NCBI GenBank assembly: GCA_017886645.1
Contig: JAGHJM010000068.1
Location: forward strand, 1 to 49,094
Origin: Clostridia bacterium
GTDB lineage: Bacteria; Bacillota; Clostridia; TANB77; CAG-508
DNA: 49,094 nucleotides
Direction: 5' to 3'
The position numbers and the translations under genes were made by a program. Positions 28,148-38,200 of the stretch are shown one piece after another; the first letter of the stretch is position 1, and each line of letters starts with the position of its first letter. The notes beneath the pieces were generated by a model, which did not search any database, was not told where the DNA came from, and saw nothing but the letters and a program-made list of their open reading frames with translations.

Positions 28148-30391
28148 ATGGAAGAAATTACTAATACTGAAGAAAAAGAAATATTAAAACAAAAAAGAAT
28201 ATCAAATACTATTGCAGAAGAATTAAGCATAAGACAAATTCAAGTAGAAAAGACAATAGAATTAATAGATGGAGGAAACACAATTCCATTTATTGCACGT
28301 TATAGAAAAGAAGTTACAGGAGGACTTTCTGATGAAACTTTAAGAGAGTTTGATGAAAGATTAACATATTTAAGAAATTTAGAGTCAAGAAAAGATGAAG
28401 TTATAAAATCAATTGAAGAGCAGGGAAAAATGACAGAAGAATTGGCTTCGTCAATTGAAAATGCAAAAACACTTGCAGAAGTAGAAGATATATATAGACC
28501 ATATAAACCTAAAAAGAAAACAAGAGCAACAGTTGCAAAAGCAAAAGGATTAGAGCCATTAGCAAAAATTATTATAGAACAAAAAGAAACAAAACCAATT
28601 GATAAAATTGCAACAGAATATATTAACATTGACAAATTATCAGAAGAAGATAAGAAAAATAAAGATAAAGTGGTGGCTAGTGCAGAAGAAGCAATTCAAG
28701 GAGCATTAGATATTATAGCAGAAGATATTTCAGATAATGCTAATTATAGAAAAGAAATTAAACGTATTTGCTATAGAGAAGGTGTAGTAAATACAAAAGC
28801 TTCTGATGAAGACGAAAAATCTCCATATGAGATGTATTATGATTTTAATGAAAAAGTAAATAGATTACCAAGTCATAGAATTTTAGCAATAAACCGTGGA
28901 GAAAAAGAAAAGTTTTTAAAAGTAAAAATAGATAAGCCTGAAGATAAAATTATAGATATTATGCAAAAAGATATTATAAAAGGAAAAACTCAATTTACAG
29001 AATATTTAGAAAATACAATATTGGATAGTTGGAAAAGATTAATTGAACCATCTATAGATAGAGAAATACGTACAGATTTAACAGAAAAAGCAGATGAGCA
29101 AGCAATAAAAGTATTCGGAAAAAACGCAAAACAATTATTATTAGGGGCACCACTTAAAGGTCTAACAGTACTTGGATTTGATCCAGCATATAGAACGGGT
29201 TGTAAATTAGCAGTCATAGATGAAACTGGAAAAGTTTTAGATACAGGTGTTATATATCCAACAGAACCACAAAACGATATAGAAGGTTCTACAAAAGAAG
29301 TAATAAGACTTATAAAAAAAGATAATATTAATATGATTGCAATAGGAAATGGAACAGCATCACGTGAATCTGAAATGTTTGTTTCAGATGTTATAAAAAA
29401 AGTGAAAGAAGATTATAATGTTGACGTTTATTATGCTATAGTAAGCGAAGCGGGGGCATCTGTGTATTCAGCTTCAAAACTTGCTACAGAAGAATATCCA
29501 GATTTAAATGTTTCTTTAAGAGGAGCTATTTCCATAGCAAGACGTTTGCAAGATCCTTTAGCAGAGCTTGTAAAAATAGATCCAAAAGCAATAGGTGTTG
29601 GTCAATATCAACATGATGTAGACCAAAAGCAACTAACAGAAAGTTTAACAGGAGTAGTTGAAGATGCAGTTAATAAAGTTGGAGTAGATGTAAACACAGC
29701 AACACCTTCACTTTTATCATATGTTTCTGGAATAAATAAAACAATTGCAGGAAATATTGTAAAATATAGAGATGAGAACGGAAAAATAAAAGAAAGAAAA
29801 GAATTATTAAAAGTACCTAAATTAGGGAAATCAGCATATGAACAGTGTGCAGGATTTATACGTATATTTGACGGAAAAAATCCATTAGAAATAACTGCTG
29901 TACACCCTGAAAGTTACGAAGTTGCAGAAAAATTGTTAGACAAAATAGGTTATAAAAAAGAAGATTTAATTAATAAAGATAAACTAAAAGAAATAAGAAC
30001 AAAATTATCTGAAATAAATATACATAATATTTCTAAGGAACTTAATGTTGGAGAAATGACACTTCAAGACATAATACAAGAATTATCAAAACCAGGAAGA
30101 GACCCAAGAGAGGAAATGCCAAAACCAATTTTAAGGGCAGATGTTTTAAAATTTGAAGATTTAAAAGATGGAATGGTTTTAACAGGAACAGTAAGAAATG
30201 TAACAGATTTTGGTGCATTTGTAGATATTGGTGTAAAACATGATGGATTAGTACATATTTCACAATTAAGCAATAACTTTGTAAAAAATCCATCTGATGT
30301 TGTATCTGTAGGGGATATTGTAAAAGTGAAAGTTATAGGAATAGATATGGAAAGGCAAAAAGTTCAACTTTCAATGAAAGATGTAAAATAA
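28148..30391 (+). CDS. tex: Tex RNA-binding transcriptional accessory protein
   Basis: 'NTIPFIARYRKE', YqgF domain 'GFDPAYRTGCK', 'IGVGQYQHDV', HhH, C-terminal S1 'FGAFVDIGVKHDGLVHIS'. Confidence 0.96.
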   Translation: MEEITNTEEKEILKQKRISNTIAEELSIRQIQVEKTIELIDGGNTIPFIARYRKEVTGGLSDETLREFDERLTYLRNLESRKDEVIKSIEEQGKMTEELASSIENAKTLAEVEDIYRPYKPKKKTRATVAKAKGLEPLAKIIIEQKETKPIDKIATEYINIDKLSEEDKKNKDKVVASAEEAIQGALDIIAEDISDNANYRKEIKRICYREGVVNTKASDEDEKSPYEMYYDFNEKVNRLPSHRILAINRGEKEKFLKVKIDKPEDKIIDIMQKDIIKGKTQFTEYLENTILDSWKRLIEPSIDREIRTDLTEKADEQAIKVFGKNAKQLLLGAPLKGLTVLGFDPAYRTGCKLAVIDETGKVLDTGVIYPTEPQNDIEGSTKEVIRLIKKDNINMIAIGNGTASRESEMFVSDVIKKVKEDYNVDVYYAIVSEAGASVYSASKLATEEYPDLNVSLRGAISIARRLQDPLAELVKIDPKAIGVGQYQHDVDQKQLTESLTGVVEDAVNKVGVDVNTATPSLLSYVSGINKTIAGNIVKYRDENGKIKERKELLKVPKLGKSAYEQCAGFIRIFDGKNPLEITAVHPESYEVAEKLLDKIGYKKEDLINKDKLKEIRTKLSEINIHNISKELNVGEMTLQDIIQELSKPGRDPREEMPKPILRADVLKFEDLKDGMVLTGTVRNVTDFGAFVDIGVKHDGLVHISQLSNNFVKNPSDVVSVGDIVKVKVIGIDMERQKVQLSMKDVK

Positions 30392-30444
30392 AAATAGGGA
30401 GTAGGAGAATTTTATAAAATGCCTACTTCTTTTAATTATTCAAA

Positions 30445-30473
30445 TTGACATAAACTAAGTTTGGAAGTATAAT
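30445..30473 (+). promoter_or_regulatory. sigma-A promoter of the pilin-like gene
   Basis: TTGACA-17 nt-TATAAT. Confidence 0.8.
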
Positions 30474-30577
30474 ATATATAAGAAATAGAAGTACTGAAAT
30501 ATAGGCTTTTATAGCCTTTCGTATAGGAATAAATAGTTAATTATAAACTATAAAACTAATGATAGGAGATGATAAAT

Positions 30578-31955
30578 ATGAGAAAACAAAATGGAATAAC
30601 ATTAATTGCTTTAGTAGTAACAATTGTAGTTTTATTAATACTTGCAGGAATAACAATAAATACAGTAGTAGATAGAAATGGAGTTTTAGGGAAAGCTCAG
30701 CAAACACAAAATGATATAGAAGATTCTATAGCAGAATCCCAAGGAAAACTAGAAAATTTAATGGATGCCTACAATGAAATTTCTAGCGATAATTACTTTG
30801 GAATAGAAGAAACACACGATTTATCATCAATTACTATAAATATAGTAACAAATATAGAAGAAGAACGGAACAGAGTATGAATACTTTATAAATGGTGAAT
30901 CTGTAGGAAGAGGTGGAAATACAACACACATAGAAAATGTAACACTTTCAAATAAAGAACCATATATACCAAGTGGATTTGAGTATATAGAAGGAACAGT
31001 AGATACAGGATATGTTATAAAAGATACAACACTAGGAAATGAATTTGTATGGATACTAGTAGGAACGGGAACATTTACAGTATATGCAACATCAACAAAT
31101 GCAGAAGGAAAAGTAAGAACATCAAATGAAATAACAGTTGAGATATCAGAATTAACAAGAAACTTGAAGCAAGAAAATGGAGATATATTAGAATATACAG
31201 AATGGGAAGAAGTAGAAGGAGATATAAGTGATAAGAAAAGTATAGAATATTTTAAGAAGAGTGTATTTGAAAATGGCGGATTTTATATGGGAAGATATGA
31301 AATGGGAATGCCAGGACAAGAAAGTGGAGATGATCCAGTGCTTGCTTTAAATAGTGAATCTAGAAATATAAATGGAACACCAGTATGTGTAGCAAATGTA
31401 ATGCCTTGGAATTATATAGATTGGGATACAGCAAAAGAAAATTTAGAGAGCATGTATAATGGAGAAGTACAAAGTGCAATGCTAAATAGTTATGCTAGAA
31501 CAACAACCGTGAACTGGATTGGTGGAGGTATAGATGGAAATATGTCAGATACATTTTGGCCAGGAGGAAGCAGAGACTTGTATTTTAAAGGAAATTATAT
31601 AGTAACAAATTATTCAAACATTATAGAACAAGGTAATCAATTAAATTATATTAGAGGGGAATATTTCTTAGGAGCATCTCCTAATGGAGAGAGTGTATTA
31701 CTAGAAACGGGGGCTTTTATAAAAGATGGGGAAAATGGTAGTGAAACTCACTTCGTTGCAAATAATATATATGATTTAGTAGGAAACGCAGGAGAATGGT
31801 CCACAGAAAAAAGAAAAGATAATAATTCAAGAAGAATATCTGGAGGAAGTTTTACTTCTTCTTATGGATATACAACTGACGGAAACGCAAGTATATATCG
31901 TAGCGGTTTAACTGGAAGCCTTTCAACTTCATCTAGACCAATTCTATATAAATAA
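30578..31955 (+). CDS. Type IV pilin-like protein with C-terminal FGE-sulfatase/C-type-lectin-fold domain, about 458 aa, needing a +1 frame change at CGG-A (30866-30869)
   Basis: Prepilin-like 'KQNG|ITLIALVVTIVVLLILAG'; +1 frame open from 30867 to 31955 with 'YIPSGFEYIEG','GNEFVWI','GFYMGRYE','NIYDLVGNAGEWSTE','SRPILY'. Confidence 0.8.
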
Positions 31956-31962
31956 TTTAAAA

Positions 31963-31996
31963 GCAATAGAGATAATTTAAAATTATCTCTATTGTT
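31963..31996. terminator. Bidirectional terminator
   Basis: CAATAGAGATAATTT/AAATTATCTCTATTG inverted repeat between convergent genes. Confidence 0.75.
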
Positions 31997-32035
31997 TTGG
32001 CAATATAATTTTTTAAAGATATTATTAGCATTATT

Positions 32036-33091
32036 TTATGACTTAAATTCCTCTTGAATTTTTTGTATTTCATCATATTTATTATTCAATATATTCAAAA
32101 ATGCTTCTGCTATATTAGGGTCAAATTGTGTGCCAGAGCATCTTTTTATTTCTTGTTTTACATCTTCTATAAGCATTGCATTTCTGTAAGTTCTCTTAGA
32201 TGTCATAGCATCAAAACTATCGGCTACTGCGGCAATTCTAGCTAAATATGGAATTTGTTCACCAACAAGTTTAGATGGGTAACCATTACCATCATATCTT
32301 TCATGATGATGTTTAACAATTGGTAATATATTTTGGAAAACAATTGCATTACACAAGATGTGTGCACCTATTGATGGATGATTTTTTATTTGTGAATATT
32401 CGTCATCAGTTAGTTTAGCTTCTTTAAGTAAGATGCTATCAGGAATACCTATTTTACCAATGTCATGAAATAGACCACCTATTTCAAGTGTTTTTAAATC
32501 TTCAGAAGATACGCCTAATTCTTTACCTAATAGTACAGAAAAAGCAGAGACTCTATCTGAGTGACCTCTAGTATATGGATCCTTAGCTTCTACAGTATAT
32601 CTTAATGTTTGGACAGTATCCAAATAAGCCCTTTCTAATTTTTCATTTGTATTAGCAAGTTCTTCATTAATTCTTTTAATTTCATTCATTTGTTTTACAG
32701 ACTTAATTCCTGACTCAACAAGCAAAAGAAGTTGATCAAATTTATCGCTTTTTTCACAATACCCTTGAATATCAAGCCTTTTAATTGTTTCTAATGGTGG
32801 AGCTAAATCTTTATGTCCAGTTAATAATAAGATATATAATTCTTTATCAAATTTTCTTATTTCTTCAACTACTTTATCTCCATGTATAGGTTCCATTAAA
32901 TAGTCAAGAATCATTAAATCAAAGTGTTCATTTTTAACTAGTTCAATTGCTTCTAATGGATTTGTAACTCCTTTAAAAGAATAACCAGATCTATGCATAA
33001 ATATAGAAAGAGAATCTAAAATTCCTTGTTCGTCATCAACAGCAATTACCTTATAACCTATTGATGAATTAGATTGCATATGTGTTCTCAT
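32036..33091 (-). CDS. Response regulator, REC plus HD-GYP cyclic-di-GMP phosphodiesterase (RpfG-like)
   Basis: REC 'VIAVDDE','LMILDYLM'; HD-GYP 'YTRGHSDRV','HDIGKIG','HHERYDGNGYP','ADSFDAMTS'. Confidence 0.92.
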   Translation of the reverse strand: MRTHMQSNSSIGYKVIAVDDEQGILDSLSIFMHRSGYSFKGVTNPLEAIELVKNEHFDLMILDYLMEPIHGDKVVEEIRKFDKELYILLLTGHKDLAPPLETIKRLDIQGYCEKSDKFDQLLLLVESGIKSVKQMNEIKRINEELANTNEKLERAYLDTVQTLRYTVEAKDPYTRGHSDRVSAFSVLLGKELGVSSEDLKTLEIGGLFHDIGKIGIPDSILLKEAKLTDDEYSQIKNHPSIGAHILCNAIVFQNILPIVKHHHERYDGNGYPSKLVGEQIPYLARIAAVADSFDAMTSKRTYRNAMLIEDVKQEIKRCSGTQFDPNIAEAFLNILNNKYDEIQKIQEEFKS

Positions 33092-33114
33092 ATAGCCACC
33101 TCAATTCTGAATTT

Positions 33115-33143
33115 ATTATATAAATTTAAATTTAAAAAATCAA
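33115..33143 (-). promoter_or_regulatory. Internal sigma-A promoter for the HD-GYP regulator
   Basis: TTGATT-17 nt-TATAAT in the 122-bp gap after the kinase. Confidence 0.55.
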
Positions 33144-33213
33144 TAATATAATTAAAAACTATTTTATAAAATTAAAAACTGGTTTAAATAGTACTTGTAA
33201 GTAAATTAAACAA

Positions 33214-35223
33214 CTATTTTTCAGGTTTAGGTAAAGTAATATTAAAAGTAGTCCCTTCGTTTTCTTTAGTATCGAAAGTAATATTACCATTGAAATGTGC
33301 ACGAATTGTTGAATACGACATAAATAAGCCCAATCCTGTACCGTTTTTACCTTTTGTTGTAACCATTTCTTTAAATAATTTATCTTGCACTTCTTTAGGA
33401 AGTCCACTTGCATAGTCTCTTATAGAGATTATTATATTATTATCTATTTCCTTTATAATTAAATCTATAGATTTATTTGGAGTACCTTTATATGCTTGTA
33501 TAGAATTAGAAATCATATTGTTAATTACTTGTACTAAGCTATTTATATTTCCGTCTAAAGTAGTTAACGGATCAACTTCCATGATTAAATTTAGTGAAAC
33601 TAATGCACTTTTTAATTCATGTTTCATTAATATATCAATACGTTTTACCAGTTCGTCAACAGTAAAAGAATAATTTTGTTCATCAGACATATTAACAGCT
33701 TGTCCTTTAACAGCAGTTATAACATCAGACATATATTCTGTATATGAACGAATTTTTTCAATCCATGTTTGCATATCTTTAGCAATAGCGTGATGATCTT
33801 CTACTGTTACTTGTGAATCTTCTATGGATTCGTTATATTCTCTAATTAAATCCTCTAAACCTTCTGCAGCACCAGAAATTGACATGATTGGGGTTTTTAA
33901 GTTGTGTGCAATACCACCAATTAACTGTCCAAGAGATGCTAAACGTTCCTTTTCCATTAACATTTCTTGGTTATTTCTAATAGTCTGAAGATATTCTTGC
34001 TGTTGCCTTTGAATTTTATTAAATGCTATAACTAAATCTCCCATTTCATCATTAGATATAACAGGTAAATCTTTTGTATTGCCAGATTCATTTAAATAAA
34101 TTTTATTTAAACCGTCAGTTATTATTTTCAAATCTTTAGATAGTGATTTTCCAAATAGATATAAGACAAAGCCTAGCAAAACAAGAAGAATAAGCATATT
34201 AACTAATAAATATTCAAGTGAAGACCAAGATGCAATATCATATAAAATACCTACATACATTGTTCCATCTATAGTATTTAAACTCATTGTAGCACCTTGA
34301 GTATCAAGCCCATAGCTGTCAAATGTTTGACCATTATATTTATCTGATAATTGTAAAGTATATTCTTTTACAAAGTTAGAAGCCTCAGGACCTGTAAGAG
34401 TATATATAGTTCCATCAGGAAAAATTACAAATTTTGAATGATTTTCATTATCAAAAAGTTCTATATCTGCCAATAAATTTTTAATTTCATCATAAGTATA
34501 AGTAGTTTCTTCATTAAATACAGAATGTAAATATCTATTATAAACTGAAAAATAAATATCTTCCTTTTCATTTACAGCTCTTGAATATCCAACCAAAGAA
34601 GTAATTAAAACACCAGCAATAAAAAGAGGTAATAATTGTAAAAATATTTTTTTCCTTAAAGATACTCTAAAACCAATATTTAAATCCTTTGAATAAGTTT
34701 TCTCTAAAATTTCAGAATACAAATCTTTTGCAAAAAGATTTGAACATATTGATAAGATAATCAAAAAACAGGTAATTAGAAGACATATTTTTATAATCAT
34801 TATTACATCATGACTGCCTGTAATAAATAAAAATATAATAGTTAATATTAAAGGAACTATAATTTCACAAAATGCAATAATGTAAGGTAAATTAAAACAT
34901 TTTTTTCTAATTTTTTTTATTAAATTGGCATCCTGATACTTATATGCATCATTAAGAGCATACCATTTATCGATATCTCTTAATAGAAATTTAGTTATTG
35001 CCCATAGTGTAAACAATACAACAATAGATATTATAATAAATTGTTGGGCATAGCTAATATATGACATTTGAACATCAAAAGCACTATTAATAAACTCAGG
35101 TCCATAATTTAAAATTCTAGGTAGTGTTAAAGAAACTAGAATAAGTAAAATAACAGCAATTGTGCAATACCTAAAAGATATTCTTAAACTTGGAGTATTA
35201 CGAAATCTTTGCTTAAGTGTCAT
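33214..35223 (-). CDS. Multi-TM sensor histidine kinase (NtrB-like H box)
   Basis: About 6 hydrophobic segments, HAMP-like 'NDEMGDLVIAFN', 'ERLASLGQLIGGIAHNLKTPI', 'NMISNS', 'TTKGKNGTGLGL'. Confidence 0.92.
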   Translation of the reverse strand: MTLKQRFRNTPSLRISFRYCTIAVILLILVSLTLPRILNYGPEFINSAFDVQMSYISYAQQFIIISIVVLFTLWAITKFLLRDIDKWYALNDAYKYQDANLIKKIRKKCFNLPYIIAFCEIIVPLILTIIFLFITGSHDVIMIIKICLLITCFLIILSICSNLFAKDLYSEILEKTYSKDLNIGFRVSLRKKIFLQLLPLFIAGVLITSLVGYSRAVNEKEDIYFSVYNRYLHSVFNEETTYTYDEIKNLLADIELFDNENHSKFVIFPDGTIYTLTGPEASNFVKEYTLQLSDKYNGQTFDSYGLDTQGATMSLNTIDGTMYVGILYDIASWSSLEYLLVNMLILLVLLGFVLYLFGKSLSKDLKIITDGLNKIYLNESGNTKDLPVISNDEMGDLVIAFNKIQRQQQEYLQTIRNNQEMLMEKERLASLGQLIGGIAHNLKTPIMSISGAAEGLEDLIREYNESIEDSQVTVEDHHAIAKDMQTWIEKIRSYTEYMSDVITAVKGQAVNMSDEQNYSFTVDELVKRIDILMKHELKSALVSLNLIMEVDPLTTLDGNINSLVQVINNMISNSIQAYKGTPNKSIDLIIKEIDNNIIISIRDYASGLPKEVQDKLFKEMVTTKGKNGTGLGLFMSYSTIRAHFNGNITFDTKENEGTTFNITLPKPEK

Positions 35224-35237
35224 AAAAATCTCTCCTT

Positions 35238-38200
35238 TTAATTAATAAAGTGTGTTTTTTTCATATAATCAAGTAGCTTTTTAATATAATCACTATCCGG
35301 ATATGGCCACTTAAAATTTAGTTTTTCTAAATATTTTTGTGTAAAATCTGACTTTATGTGCACAGTATAATCATAATTTAAAGTTAGTAAATGATTAGAA
35401 TTATAGGTAACATCATTAATAATATAACTTAAACTAGAATCGCTTTCAGATGAAAGCATATGAAGTCTTTCGTCAAATTCTTTTTCAGATAATATACTAA
35501 TTAAAACATTAGACTTTTTAAAAGAAACTATTAAGTCTTTTATACTAACTAAATTAGGATTATATAAGTTATATATTTTATTATTACAATCAGATTGTTT
35601 GGCTAATAATACAATTGCACCAGCACAATAATCTATAGGAGTAAATTCTATCATTTGAGGTAACATACTATCTGTTACTGCTCCTATTTGCACCATTGAT
35701 TTCAATCTATTGTAAAAAGCATTTTCATAAATTTTTTCTTGGAACATTCCATCAGAATAACGTGCAGATAAAATTCCAATTCTATGTATTTGTGCAATTA
35801 ATCCTTTTTCCATATATGATAATACTATTTTTTCTGATTCAAATTTACTATTTACATATACATTATCAGTATAATGTTGACCTATATATAGTGTATTTTC
35901 AGAAAAAGTAACATCTCTATTACATTGTTTTACTAAATAATTTCCTGAAACACTAATAGAAGAAATATGAATTAATCTCTTTTTATATGCAAATGCGAAA
36001 GCACTAATACTTTTTGTACCATTAATATTTATTTTTTCAAAGTCACTAAAAGATCCATAATGTTTTACTATAGCAGCTGTATGTATAATTGTTGAAAATT
36101 TATTAATGTATGTATTAAATACTGAAATATCTATTCCAAAGTTAGGAAGAGTAACATCTCCTGACACAACTATAATTCTATCGTTAATATATTTAGAAAT
36201 ATCAGTATTAAAATAAAATTTGTATGCTTTAGTTAATCTTTCTAAAGAATGTTCATAACTTCTTCCTCTAACTAAACAGTAAATGGTATTATTAGTTGTA
36301 TTTAGAAGTTCATATAAAACATGAATTCCCACGAAACCATTTGAACCTGTAAGGAAAACATTTCCTAAAGTATCGTCGTCTATATTTATATTGTTTAAAG
36401 CCTCTTCTAAATTAGCATTTGTATGCTTAAATTGCTTTGGAATCTGCACATCTTGCTCGTCGAAATTAGATATATTTGCATCTATTCTTTGTGATAATTT
36501 TTTTATTGTAGGATATTTATAAAAATCCTGAGTAGTAAGTACATAATTATATTTTAAAAGCATGGTTTGGGCCTTAATTATATTCAAAGAGTCTAATCCT
36601 AAATCTAAAAATGAAGAATTAATATTTAATTTCTTTTTACCTAAAATATTTGTTATAACTTCTGCTAATTGTTTTTCTGTTTTAGTAGAAGGTTCTTCAA
36701 TATTTTGTTCTTCAGAAGGTATTTCTGGAAGAAGATTTCTATTTAATTTTCCATTAGGAGTTAATGGAATAGAAGGTATTTTAATAAAATATGCCGGAAT
36801 CATATAGTTAGGTAAACTTTCTAATAAATATGAAGTAATTTCTGAAAAATTACATTCTTTATTAGCAACATAGTAACAAACTAAAAATTTGTTATCTTTA
36901 GCTAATACGACTGCATCTTTAATTCCATTAAAGCCTAGTATTTTTGTTTGGATTTCTTCTAGTTCTATTCTATAGCCTCTTATTTTTACTTGAAAATCAG
37001 TCCTTCCAAGATGTACAATTTCTCCATTATAGTCAATATAAGCAAGGTCATTTGTATTATATATTATTTCACCGGTTTTGAAAGGAGAAGGTTTAAATTT
37101 ATCATTTGTAAGCTCATCTCTATTCCAGTAACCAGGACATACACCATCTCCACCAATATATAGTTCCCCTGGAACACCTGGTGGTAAAATATTCATATCT
37201 TTATCTAAAATATAACATGTTGTATTAGTAATAGGAATACCTACTGTAATTTTTGACGATTTTGTTAAGTCCTTAATAGTAGACCATACTGTAGTTTCTG
37301 TAGGTCCATACATATTAAATATATTTGCATGTACATTTGTACGTAATTTTTGTAGTAATAGTTTAGGAAACGGCTCTCCGCCAACCATAATGTCACTAAA
37401 TATATTCCAAAAATCATCATCTTTATCAATATCTGCTAAAATAGCAGAATATCTTGAAGGAGTAGTTTGAATCATTGTGACATTATTCTTTTCACACAAT
37501 TCTTTTAATTTAAATGGAGAAACCTGTTCTACATCACTTGCAAGAACTAACTTTATACCGCTAGTTAATGCTCCCCATATTTCTAATGCAAAAATATCAA
37601 AACAAATAGTTGTAACAGATACCATAACTTTATTTTTAGAAAAATTAATATATTGCTTTTCTCCTAAGATAAAATTAGTAATATTTTGATGAGTAATCAT
37701 TACACCTTTTGGTTTTCCAGTAGAACCAGAAGTATAAATTAAGTATATTAAATCTCTAGGATTAATTTTTATGTTTAAATTATTAGTATTTTGATTATTG
37801 TAAAAATCCGAATTAATATCTACATTTATTTTTGTATAATTATCACCAATATTTAAGTTTAAAGTAGCAGAATGCACTAATATAGTTTTTGAATGGCTAT
37901 CTTCAAGCATATAATTAATTCTCTCAATAGGATATTCTGGGTCAATTGGCAAATATGTTGCTCCTAACTTTAATACAGCTAAAATAGCAATAATCATTTC
38001 AGAAGAACGATGTATCATAATACCTACAACATCTTTAGCTTTAATACCATTATCTAACAAATAATAGGCTAATTGATTTGCTTTTTTATTTAGTTCTTTA
38101 TAAGTAAAAGACTGATCTTCAAAAATTAAAGCAATATTATTTGGATTTTTTTTAACTTGCTTTTCAAACAAATCAATAACAGTAAGTGTTTTATTATAAT

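Noticed and set aside
30474-30577. c-di-GMP riboswitch in the pilin leader
   Set aside because: Only a small AGGCT/AGCCT hairpin; consensus class I or II elements not recognisable
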